Below, piece after piece: positions 40,201-44,736 of a stretch of 64,000 nt of DNA. Numbering within the stretch: position 1 is the stretch's first letter; the number at the start of each line of letters is the position of its first letter. The DNA is from a virus: IMG/VR virus record IMGVR_UViG_3300028384_001275, positions 40,524 to 104,523 of that record; one strand, written 5' to 3'. The notes under the pieces were generated by a model. It had not been told where the DNA came from, did not search any database, and worked only from the letters and a program-made list of their open reading frames with translations. The position numbers and the translations under genes are program-made.

Positions 40201-43103
40201 CTTCTATTAACCCCATTGAATATGCTCTGGAATTGTCTAAATTCCCAACAGAAGCGAAGGTAACTTTCATTGCATCTACAGATGTCCAGAATCTGTCTAA
40301 TTCTTATGAAATGGGTGTTGACTACAACACCGATCCCGCTCTGGTATCATTGACTCCTGTGGTGGATGTTGGATTTGATCGTCAAGAAGATAGAATCAGA
40401 ATTAATCGTACTAACTTCTTTAGAAGAGGTGATATTCTTCAGTATATCCCTGTGCAGGGAGCAACAACACTTTCTGGCGTTGGTGACATTGGACAATCTT
40501 ATTATTATGTGATTACAGGAACTGCAACTTGGTTTGAAATCGGTCGTCATTATATCCACGATGGTCGTTTCAGAGATCTCAGTGCAGATACTGCAAATAC
40601 AGGATCTCACCAAATGCAAGTTGTGAGACGGAGTGGTGTGAATCGTGCAACAATCAAGTATCCTGAAGATCCTTCAGAGACACCAATCCAGGGTGGATTT
40701 AATCCTGCAGACGTTTTGGTTGGATCAACTTCCAATACAACTGCTGAGGTTTCTCGCATCGATCAAAACGTTGCAAAAATTCGCACAATCACAACTTACT
40801 ATAAACTTACTGGAGTTGGCACAGATAACTTCATTAATGGAGAAACTGTCCAAGTCCAAGGTGCAGCATCCAATAATGGTAAGATCTATCAGACAAGGAA
40901 TAAAGATGCAGATAATGAAACGTTTGTGAAGTTGATTAGTATTGCTGGCACAATTTCTGCTGGTGATGTATTGGAGGGTGTTACTTCTGGTGCTACTGGC
41001 ACAGTTTCTTCTACTGCAGGAGACATTAATGAGCGTATGTTAGTTAATGTCAAGTCTGGATCTTACGCTACAGATGACTGGTTCTTTGATAAGAATTCAG
41101 CAACTGAAGCATACATGTCCACCTATACCAATAAGTCTGGATCACTTACTGGCAATACTGGAGGTCGTGTTACTATTGATGTTGAAACTATTCAGGGTGC
41201 ATGGGATGCTGGCGATATAGTTTATGGAAGTGATACTGATTATATTCTTGATATTAAGGGTATTTCTGGCACACAGATTCAGCTCAATCAATATATTCAC
41301 GGCACCAATGTTTATCAACTTGAATTGGGCACGGCAATTACAGACACTGGTGTTTCTGATACTTTCCGTCCAGGCGATGAAATCTCTCTGCTAATTGGCA
41401 CAACTGAAAAGAATCCAGGTTTCCGTGCAACAGTTACCAAATATATTAATGGCACTAATGCAGATCCAGAGGATCCCAATTATGGTATCCATCGTTTATG
41501 GATTGGTAATTTGAGAGATGTTGGCGCTGGAGCTGAGATTTCTGAGGTCACTAACAGCAATAACAACATCGGTAAATTGGATATTGGATCCAACTTCCCA
41601 ACAATCTATGCACCTGTTTCTTCTTATACAGACACTGGATATTCTTCTTATGGCAAAGTAATTGCTATTGAGCAGAGTGGTATCACAGCAACTATTTGGG
41701 TTGAAAATGCTGTTGGTGAATTTGTAGATAATATGACTGTCAAATCTGATGATGGATGGGGTGGTGCTGTCACATCTGCACGGACACTTACTGGACGAGT
41801 TGATCGTTACTTCCGAGGTTTCGATGGCACTCAGACTCAGTTTGATATCACAATTTCCAACGGTGAGGCATATTTCCCAGATGCTGCTGGACACTTGTTG
41901 GTATTTGTCAATGGTGTGCTTCAACCCCCTGGCGCTAATGCTTCTTACGTTGCCTTCTCCGATAAGGTTAACTTCACTGAGGCACCTGACATTGGATCTG
42001 AATTTATTGGTTACTACGTCGGCAAACTCCGTCAACTTGATGACATTAGTTTTGAGTTTGATTCGCTGAGATCTTCCTTCAACCTGAAACGTGACGGTCT
42101 CTTCTACTCGCTGACTCTGACTGAGGGTGTTTCTTCTAACACAATCCTACCCGAAAATAACATCATTGTTTCGCTCAACGGTATCATCCAGGAAGCTGGA
42201 ATTGCTTATGAGTTGGTTGGATCTAGAATCATCTTCGCAGAAGTGCCTCGCGCAGGTAGCACATTCGTTGGATTCTCCTACATCGGATCTGACGCTGACG
42301 TTATCGCAGCAACTGTGATTCCTCCTGTTGAATCTGGCGACCAGTTGAGAATTGAAGGTGAGGAATTTAATCGTGAGGTTGCTCTGATTGAATCTTCCAA
42401 TTCTTTGATTACATTTGAATATACTGGATCCGTTAAAGGTCGTAATGCAGACGCACTATCCACAGTCATTGGTGGTCAGGTTACTAATGCAGTGCTTACA
42501 AATTCTGGTGATGGTTATACCTCACGTCCCAACGTTGACGTTATCTCCTCCACTGGGTTTGACGCTCAGATCAAGGCGCTGATGGGTATTGCTCGAATTG
42601 ATGTGAAGTCAAGTGGTGTTGGATATCAATCTCCTACCGTGCTGATTGATAATGAAGTCCCTGATGACTTCACAACTCCTACAGGCACTCCAATTAATGG
42701 TGGATTTGATATTTACGCAGGCGAAGGTCCTCAAGGTGAAGGCGGCACAACAATACCCGCTGGCACCATTGCGATCGTCCAAGATCCTGTCAATGTCACC
42801 GTCAACCAAGGTCAAAGTGCATCCTTTAGTGTGGTTTCCACAGTGACTAATAGTCAAACTATGAATTATCAATGGCAGAAGAAGGAGTATGGCACACAAG
42901 TCTGGTCCAATATTATTGGTGCTAACCAGTCTGTATATAACACTGGAGTAACAGTCCAAGCTGATGATGGTGATGAATATCGTGTAGCAATCACTGCTGC
43001 TGGCGCAACTCCTGTGTATTCCTTGTCTGCTATTCTCACAGTCCAGACTGGAGCTACTGTAATCAGCAACTTCAGTCCTGCCAACATCTTCTCTAGCAAC
43101 TAA
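22206..43103 (+). CDS. gp7: Giant gp7-like baseplate wedge/structural protein, 6965 aa, multidomain
   Basis: Follows gp6; QLPEFIRE...FLFQYYK N-terminus, IKNISDFYASKGT and HPAGFNLFG motifs; GxGY repeats, YHYH-like, propeller, LamG, CBM5/12-like, helical CxRD repeats, C-terminal Ig. Confidence 0.8.
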   Translation: MPKQNINVSDRVENQLPEFIREEDTQLVNFLFQYYKSQEKTGRPYDILNNLLNYLDLDAYSTRELTGSTELLNDIDTANTKIEIESIDGFRDKNGSIMIDNEVIYYETVTRGPDAIITPGLSYPQFKKKEQQLENPFPLFDGTRTAFPLSFLGTPVTPPSAEHLIVIAYNQLMIPGVDYTLDNSTINFTSAPRARTGADNSDFTQFTYLVGYADQTIKTLDTVDGSVYNGKKEYPLKFNTENYSPTSESGLLVNKNGRLLTPYEDYTIFYDKLIFDNPVSGSDAIHIRSVEYIAPSYGSGAVGIVEVDDSGSVSKIRSKVGGSGYRLDFNPKVSIQSNTGRGATARSLVGGVKNINLIDGGQGYTSYNPPIPIVARPSSANGSPAKLSLTVDDETGQVSEISLDNSGSGYEFIPAITFVNPGGAKISGATIDSEGRLNQGSIVVDNGGLNYTNPPMVYIDPAPIGGIDAKATARINQESQVYEILITNRGRGYTTAPRVAIIDPVGAQVLDVTVASGSVTNIEMLTGGSGYTDAPSVYIVDDRKDSAGVSIGGTGATAVATIFNGEITDINITNFGQGYSTTEPPKIFIAEPKAARASLEVGFGEVTGYDIIESGAGYTPSAFEGCSRGVSGAVRFDNFNNEIYAKEDQLRQSSHNEGATVVSLDSLFIKQVFDKFRRQYLPTIEIDYTKINPIQVIKNISDFYASKGTELATQYLFKILFGEDVSLYYPRDEIISPSAATWVVDTVLRAQLIEGDPNNLIDSQVNQYADAVDQNIKAANALIENVITIIEGTDTIYELAISEETLEGEFKIPYKTTLVEPLTTDGQIITVDSTIGWPERNGTIRINDEEVVQYKEKSLNQFIECTRSKNGVVEDWDPGTTITSDIYIYVNRGTAQECKLRILGIAEAGTTVLDDTGSYYIPGDKLKVANLGSTAVEERLSSWLYNVKKLISVTSITPGGINNQTATVVCRNPHGLLVSDQVTVYGANPVVYNGTFTVTSRIDDFTFSYQIATGTELIPQGNILLSVDLNRGKSDIASINKVISEFTTNIQNSFFNDQYVYVAASGLPNYKIGPFTGSALIPGNQRKLLRFPRNVETISERKNIKENSPIGAWVNGVSIWSYKSIESVQFGPLTSISVTSPGEGYDAGAKPNLEINGGGGSGAVASVVVDGSLIGFSVTASGSGYTESPLVSIVGGGGSGATAQAVITGGRVTRILVEQPGSGYTSQPSVSITGGGGTGAEATAQVRGPISKVNVTNFGSGYTSLPEVKVNSGEGALAQPIVINGRIVSIAIINSGQKYTSAPNVIINGDGFGAIAQATIGTTGEDKGRVLSIQITNKGIGYTQGNTTVRLESVGQLATFEAQVFKWNKNLQYDLSAKYDNARGYVFTGYNNQFGGEYAHLSDPKELRYVVGDNVFLDPVTQRFQELESNYRHSPILGWAFDGNPIYGPYGYIDPTDQNSGIRRLRTSYKLKDNVVYDEDTNPNPAREDGPSLTTYPAGTFVTDYTYDFQSGDLDNYNGRFCKTPDYPDGTYAYFITIDASDAGIAEFPYIIGPQFNSLPDEWNFSQTATQENIPAGVVRYRDPYVDVDIDIDRQPNQEADVLTTELEGWPIIFEIQDSNNDGIIDANEQQEILEMSEEATLQIYDYFPQVSEESRVDIEVETTTQFENAQIDGFVIENPGKSYQVNDTVFFNNEGTGGFGASAFIESVKGQKISAYTKEIINDRPYGVITTETDHELRQQDEIIVNSRPITDNTSKTFKVKVVSGIEGITINQSGTGYNSDIPPTFELITSAGQDAQLELKLENTGQVNEVNIINSGNGYDSDNPPQIRISHPQQYKKTRYWVSELNESAGNVVVLDTQTTDDRRTYVCGYVTEADGDQSGFLAKFDDLGQLVWKRTLLPQNTGVKKAEFVKMYINSAPENDLIYVAGQTYDPSNTTYNPDVWIGLYESGFNNANDPDGILKWQKSIAGISGSTRRDYITTITLDQEQRIYLGGYTDSNSPDPNDMWIIQCDIEGNLVEKRKIASEDGSEELMQLEWIADDRFFFVGVNQENDDCIFGVFFFDGANLEIDYIRQIPTVGGYVRNPRFVIDGYDDVVLVWDIYNNAASKQDKIQVNKFAVSTAQTAWEWSKSLTITGDFISISHAGVSVDVFGNYTIVSDIVESENSRYSMITYMKYDGTIIKESKIVDTDNIGFEVKAHSVDNSGDPILAVDRRKADQLAAYRFDTTDTINDDVTKRDLGTFVYFDADETSLDTAIYKFGTSSLKLNDVAPVSITGFAQTTQEWSLRGWFAMNTTAHGTDHKPVLFAVDPVSGSNAYMVLDGDSSSADYGKALIFINNAQVASSTSTTNWTTFASAAWVHVTFQKRLESLGLYQYEVYINGNLITNFQSTTDIGLDDVVLGGPISSPTTANSFRGHIDDIVVDDDAPYTSTYTIPTAYIPVTDSVSDIALIKFDRNHTKRNDSYTMTGLDNWSTFAMQASEAATVWTSLNQSAISVWEIGPGGLQILDMSQTSANLQPATYTFSDEKFEYATRTSTIPSPLGKQMSIEANVISKFYLRDALYQKIDNVKEFTFNQNVKLTKGSILQQFNSAGITQAYGTIVEVPVGTLTNPGFGTKYKIGKIFGNFNNDNRFRTTANDVNQITGEYFKTEEEESPWQASTAYAAGDRVYNAKRIYEAQGAGTSGTIAPVHTAGAASDGVINWSLVADAGSFDIDLTQHPYPRPQYLGLDMPEWQPHILYAVGQKVWYRLNVYEVAPSGGGVTTTTPPTHTTGDVSDGTVTWRFVSTSEAISAKARLMAYDQGNNYTVEIVKVHPGSTFIPGDVVSLNSNNIDLADDEKSVTISGFASVKEIKVTARLEKDILRTTEARTNLVYCTSNSPHYFKEDEIIFSEGFQGDQFNGSFFVDQVIGSREFTFAIRATAVSDPAFEQNAIARVNIYGKHPTLEFTRDHQYVFDVSDPSNFGYYLSFSQDNQFKLEYSFNNITREGTPGINAAGSTAPFVKFSVLGQVTNISYYFDPSRTGADSPVGSNSFIDVITTPYQGIFRISEVPTDKQFKFPLLKEPERNAAEVIDDEFDNPYSFYSTTSTRAVGPINSIKLVSPGGFYQKLPIISDIASFRQIEKLVINDGGTEYAPGVYSQIDVDGDGEGGKATITVEFDDEVGSGTITEAVITDPGKGYTTASIDIDGIPGILGSTLAGSGGSVSVIIPDEGEGASVFLTGKNIGKIRRLKNNEFGFGYSHDYTLKPEITFPVNLQLFNTSILSEIKITNPGSGYTSTPAVVIEGGGGEGADAEAVVKNNRLSEIIIKNPGAGYSSEPTVTLKSEFNYVVNLDLNYLQFNFPHGITTGAEVQFRADDVGSTEGQLPRPSSAGLTALIEGQTYYAIAGNVNGLESDQIRFALTAAAAASGDFITFLTQGEGRQVLLTEVFGGAAEAVVETSRFLEGETVFQGTNIEQATATGTVSNNTGWQIGPKILKIVDYTGDWESGERVTGTISKASGVIDNFSIARGVLNIGSLTRTPGRFIDDVGKPSEIVQKIQDSFFYQNFSYVIKSETPITNWKTQILENNHPAGFNLFGQLELSGGKDVSGRKIGTEFTKQVNINNYSNVNEITSFGAAQPIYTDYNNTEVLFRKKRLTSSEEILTSIVKKLDDISGRFNGIDKQFPITVEGEQVIVNQDQLMITLNGVIQAPGDSYSVVGGNLVFSEPPKPPSKVNYRNISISTIPITRINLYSGQVGIPNYGIFPTLGQQIQGENSDAVATVIGSGTNHIDVININGVFELNEEIVRGSLFSALVQSIEVQNTNTIYEFGESITNLNGDTAIIEENNLSDGVISDDLVISKTSGTAKYETGIFNIRLNDYIISAKSNIAAQVTSISPYRDPNTSDIVDELIINQGSSFFGLLFERLVSLTNPNVILDDISKSSITPTELYDASERINADFLDFEEIRSTEIVYTNLANGTFEEGDTIINKEVDYGNATSVYHGGAANRFKDSSRMILGNKQEIIDFGEAEIAVWHPGFYFPGDVITNSWSRFSDAYRLIQRNKLYIAARAYDEMITQYPSLSVPDEDKCLRDLEYYIDAISLDIHRGGNVYTRKFVLKYFNAGTFDYVNSEVAETRFGYEKAKDWMIKALTNNIDQDYTGLSGPNAGIVFKPWNEIDKGGSRGLGITADPSPNDDYGTAGSNADNTDVNVCTDVQDAITTLYGVIDEALENGNTTDLPDETEGTYSVGQTKCRRDVGLLVDAIAGDVSQGGNYNIVEFAKRYFDADGNPITNGLIGEYAESLTAFEKARDLCYRAINNLLYYQVNTTTPETGYMLNDPTTYAGPYSGGETSVTQLDVSAASYTASTGELILTVGSGHGLTTSDTLYVRPYSLRFTCDSDNHATFHDYPRSGDPAFNSARNITATSATTLTINIGASTNSSFTPTAATYNTQTGDLTLTIGTHTLGLNDYVTIADDALTFTCTQDDDATSHTYPRSTDPASGQRLFITAKTDTTITVNVGASPVGQQYDHTFVSAVANSVTYGGGYTHTFIKALDNAVYSGGGTRAQYFDQNYSSGNNQQIGNCANVQAYIHTLVNIASTALEAGDLTNINALSSVTDGTFVDGETVRTTKLGYDDKSTGLFTTNDIIKGVSSNASFTAVGVNSGLKWLFAGNITGTFTIGEYITNSRLTNQNSVTQSVITKKTELSGTKSIAFPATGYLNMPESNDFAFGTGEFTIQGWIRVPNVVGLKTLFDLRRVSTTGLRFVLDGTTLRAYNGTSQLVSGGTLAADTWYHIALIRSSAVTRIYLDGTQVGSDAADTNDYGYAPLYIGADFNGSNSFQGWMDNVVVKKGTADYSSAFTAPTQINYANQNNDIVFGLDGEGPFILSTTETYATLTGQKTSSATVKKVDYTATSLIIKDVDLGRAVYKNLADIVELNDEWIAEEAVGRMKAKFPDFIMPGDNAAEGLYTGTNYCLRDTKDFIIGSLVKDLREGGNYHTLYTGRTYLEASGKLKHVGNEILQTLYTWNEVYDIIENSIVRNNADTGVGVYTTRLRIPQTQYPTVTSTVQAFLDETRLLIDDLLEVLAPTGDRFRDGGVNIWKNRDYIAEETVGYLQNKYQATLNGTDYDFLEMPGGGESSCKRDIRTHIIPAIIGDLCTGGTYQTEKILDSYLDSQNNILYVEEELNPMIDAFHFTNMLCQKAVNNLLLSPGETAGELSVPAWVQDDYYSPLYTSRAAYKDNTLEVDPQGYPQNNRNSNDRYIDAVNTIQRNKDIIAMESVATMNDFSKFENLAIPGGPVNCEDDVRDIIDAVSHDLLFDCNEKTYDAAALYVETENNSLKHIESEWEASVTTYKIARDMMTLTMRNGFGRDYVDGNDPLTVPVQSYEQNPKEDIYRDAADAIDANIRYIAEQAVDAGETQYPSLVIPGGSINCVHDVTDILRALVFNLKYGGNNMLQYATEFYVNDAGNLQHISSQSAETIWIINKARDFVKRAMKGQIITNTSGYGVAQRFYDSVAKPTNQLRPSNQTDGVDLTAFNNLVTRSFTNGTTDINNSENSATGQANNEDLVCRVTTTLPSGTPTDGVLWEGGGSDYGSWIGIRDSGTYFRLRAGDGGNSFAGGATYTDTGLALLDIPISDLSDYFDGGTHEIVWQINVGGNTATGPGLVKVWFDGVPVGEAQTPGTSNTGLGANSGYWSGGGNGGFGATSGVSGGVPSGEPTAAWAYTTSDLDYYRARRVDESYTGTETDEVSSEIDTLMAFVTDGLASPAQVNSRGYDMPIIWPIKFTPEVTIRDLGITYDTAGGGQDADGTWNQTCSQVASSIDTLMDIVIDTISEAANNNVYHLTSITKTTPATNNTIYQAGTCYNVTSSIDTLFEIMTDTLGGGTENDKIVANRLLFNSHAVAQRAFADTQAQFSDTNLTIEFAEKLTKAVRYDLITGGNAGAFALAQEWFDGEGNFIAFTDVIRTHIIYCMTRVREYIKSVMYLIDTDPGWDTYDLYNPAERFEWNQEAAEFIIDSSINPIEYALELSKFPTEAKVTFIASTDVQNLSNSYEMGVDYNTDPALVSLTPVVDVGFDRQEDRIRINRTNFFRRGDILQYIPVQGATTLSGVGDIGQSYYYVITGTATWFEIGRHYIHDGRFRDLSADTANTGSHQMQVVRRSGVNRATIKYPEDPSETPIQGGFNPADVLVGSTSNTTAEVSRIDQNVAKIRTITTYYKLTGVGTDNFINGETVQVQGAASNNGKIYQTRNKDADNETFVKLISIAGTISAGDVLEGVTSGATGTVSSTAGDINERMLVNVKSGSYATDDWFFDKNSATEAYMSTYTNKSGSLTGNTGGRVTIDVETIQGAWDAGDIVYGSDTDYILDIKGISGTQIQLNQYIHGTNVYQLELGTAITDTGVSDTFRPGDEISLLIGTTEKNPGFRATVTKYINGTNADPEDPNYGIHRLWIGNLRDVGAGAEISEVTNSNNNIGKLDIGSNFPTIYAPVSSYTDTGYSSYGKVIAIEQSGITATIWVENAVGEFVDNMTVKSDDGWGGAVTSARTLTGRVDRYFRGFDGTQTQFDITISNGEAYFPDAAGHLLVFVNGVLQPPGANASYVAFSDKVNFTEAPDIGSEFIGYYVGKLRQLDDISFEFDSLRSSFNLKRDGLFYSLTLTEGVSSNTILPENNIIVSLNGIIQEAGIAYELVGSRIIFAEVPRAGSTFVGFSYIGSDADVIAATVIPPVESGDQLRIEGEEFNREVALIESSNSLITFEYTGSVKGRNADALSTVIGGQVTNAVLTNSGDGYTSRPNVDVISSTGFDAQIKALMGIARIDVKSSGVGYQSPTVLIDNEVPDDFTTPTGTPINGGFDIYAGEGPQGEGGTTIPAGTIAIVQDPVNVTVNQGQSASFSVVSTVTNSQTMNYQWQKKEYGTQVWSNIIGANQSVYNTGVTVQADDGDEYRVAITAAGATPVYSLSAILTVQTGATVISNFSPANIFSSN

Positions 43104-43106
43104 ATA
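43101..43106 (+). promoter_or_regulatory. T4-like late promoter overlapping a stop codon
   Basis: TAAATA begins with the TAA of the giant gene. Confidence 0.6.
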
Positions 43107-43117
43107 AAAGTAAAAAG

Positions 43118-44710
43118 ATGACTGCAACTGCCAGTTACGTTTCTGCAACTAGGATGATAACGGTGTCGGGTGATGGTTTGCCCGCACCTGTCTCCGCAGG
43201 CACTTTTCCAAATACCAATAATCCTAATACCATTCAGGAGCAGGATTTTGACCACAACTTCTATCATCGTGGTGGGACTTTTGGTATCACCAGGACTTTT
43301 GATGACAATACATGGTCTCAAGATGGATTCATTAGATCCATCACTATTTCTGTAAATGATCTTAGTTTGTTTACAGGAGAAAATCCCAGTATTTCAGTCG
43401 GTGATTATTTGTTATTTACATTTAGTGATGGATTGAAACAAAGATTCATTTTTAGAGGGACTGCATTCACTTCTATTTCGGGTGAGTGCAGATTAGCTTC
43501 AGATGACAAGTTAGATATTATTGTTACAGATCAAGGCAGTGGAAGTGGCACTTATGAATACTTTGATCAAAGAGATGGTAGGACAACAACTCCCCTAGGT
43601 GCTATTGGCATTGCTGCCAATGGTGTTATTTTGTATAACCCATCAGCGGGTGGTGGAGGAAATCCCCCAAGTGGATTTAGTTGGAATAGTGTTGCAGCTA
43701 CTGTAGTAAGTTTTGGAGATGATACATGTGGTGGTCATCCAGAGCAAACGGGACAATATAATTATGATGATGCTAAATTTCTGACCTGTTGGAAAGCAAA
43801 CTCCAGCATGGCTGGATATAATGATTATTATGGCACAACACAATATAATGGTGATGTTTTAAGGCATCCTGACGGACATTCAAAAATACTTGGTATTGCA
43901 TTTGACGGATTCCCAATTTATGGTCCTTATGGATATGGCGACCCATGGGACACCTCTACTGCGGTAAGACCCATAACATCATCATATGCGATCCGAGATA
44001 CTGAAGTAGACGGTCGTCCAGATTATGGCACTGATGATACAAATCCTCCCGCAGGATCTTTAATGGAAGATTATGAATTTGTTGAAGGTAGTGGAGATCT
44101 TGATTATCACAATGGTCGTTTCTGCATTACTCCTGAGTTTCAGGATGGCACCTATGCATATTTCATAACAGTTGATCCTGACAATGTAGAAACCCCTACG
44201 TTTCCATACATCGTGGGTCTCACTTCTCGGATGGGTCTAAACAAACCAGCAGATGATGGTGCAAATCCTGTGACTACGGATCCTGGCAGTGGTGGAGGTG
44301 GTGGCACCGTTACACCCGAGACATTGCGGTTTACACTGCAACCCCAAAACGTTTCAGTCAATCCTGGTCAAACGGCAACATTTACAATTATTGCAGATAT
44401 TATCCCTGGAGGTGGCACAGTTGCCTATCAGTGGTATAGATCCACAGATGGTGGTTTTGCATTTGCAGCGATCACTGGAGCAACCTCTTCAACTTATGAG
44501 GTGACTGCTCTAGCATACATGACAGGATATAAGTATCGCTGTCGGATTACTGGACCTGTTGGTGAGACAGCAGCAGAAAACTCACCCCTTGACTCCAATG
44601 CTGTTACGTTAACAGTTACTGGATCTGGTGGAAGTGGTGATACTGCTAATAGATTCGACTCTACAAGCAGCACATTTGACTCCACATCACAAACTTATGA
44701 TGGCACCTAA
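43118..44710 (+). CDS. YHYH-domain virion protein with C-terminal Ig-like domain
   Basis: LGAIGIAANGV, HSKILGIAFDGFPIYGPYGY, GDLDYHNGRFCITPEF and YQWYRS motifs. Confidence 0.85.
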   Translation: MTATASYVSATRMITVSGDGLPAPVSAGTFPNTNNPNTIQEQDFDHNFYHRGGTFGITRTFDDNTWSQDGFIRSITISVNDLSLFTGENPSISVGDYLLFTFSDGLKQRFIFRGTAFTSISGECRLASDDKLDIIVTDQGSGSGTYEYFDQRDGRTTTPLGAIGIAANGVILYNPSAGGGGNPPSGFSWNSVAATVVSFGDDTCGGHPEQTGQYNYDDAKFLTCWKANSSMAGYNDYYGTTQYNGDVLRHPDGHSKILGIAFDGFPIYGPYGYGDPWDTSTAVRPITSSYAIRDTEVDGRPDYGTDDTNPPAGSLMEDYEFVEGSGDLDYHNGRFCITPEFQDGTYAYFITVDPDNVETPTFPYIVGLTSRMGLNKPADDGANPVTTDPGSGGGGGTVTPETLRFTLQPQNVSVNPGQTATFTIIADIIPGGGTVAYQWYRSTDGGFAFAAITGATSSTYEVTALAYMTGYKYRCRITGPVGETAAENSPLDSNAVTLTVTGSGGSGDTANRFDSTSSTFDSTSQTYDGT

Positions 44711-44713
44711 ATA
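44708..44713 (+). promoter_or_regulatory. T4-like late promoter overlapping a stop codon
   Basis: TAAATA begins with the TAA of the upstream gene. Confidence 0.6.
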
Positions 44714-44736
44714 ACACTGTAAAAGAGTAACTATCC

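Noticed and set aside
22206-43103. Intein or intron explaining the giant ORF size
   Set aside because: No intein splice motifs or homing-endonuclease motifs noticed; the size is explained by structural repeats
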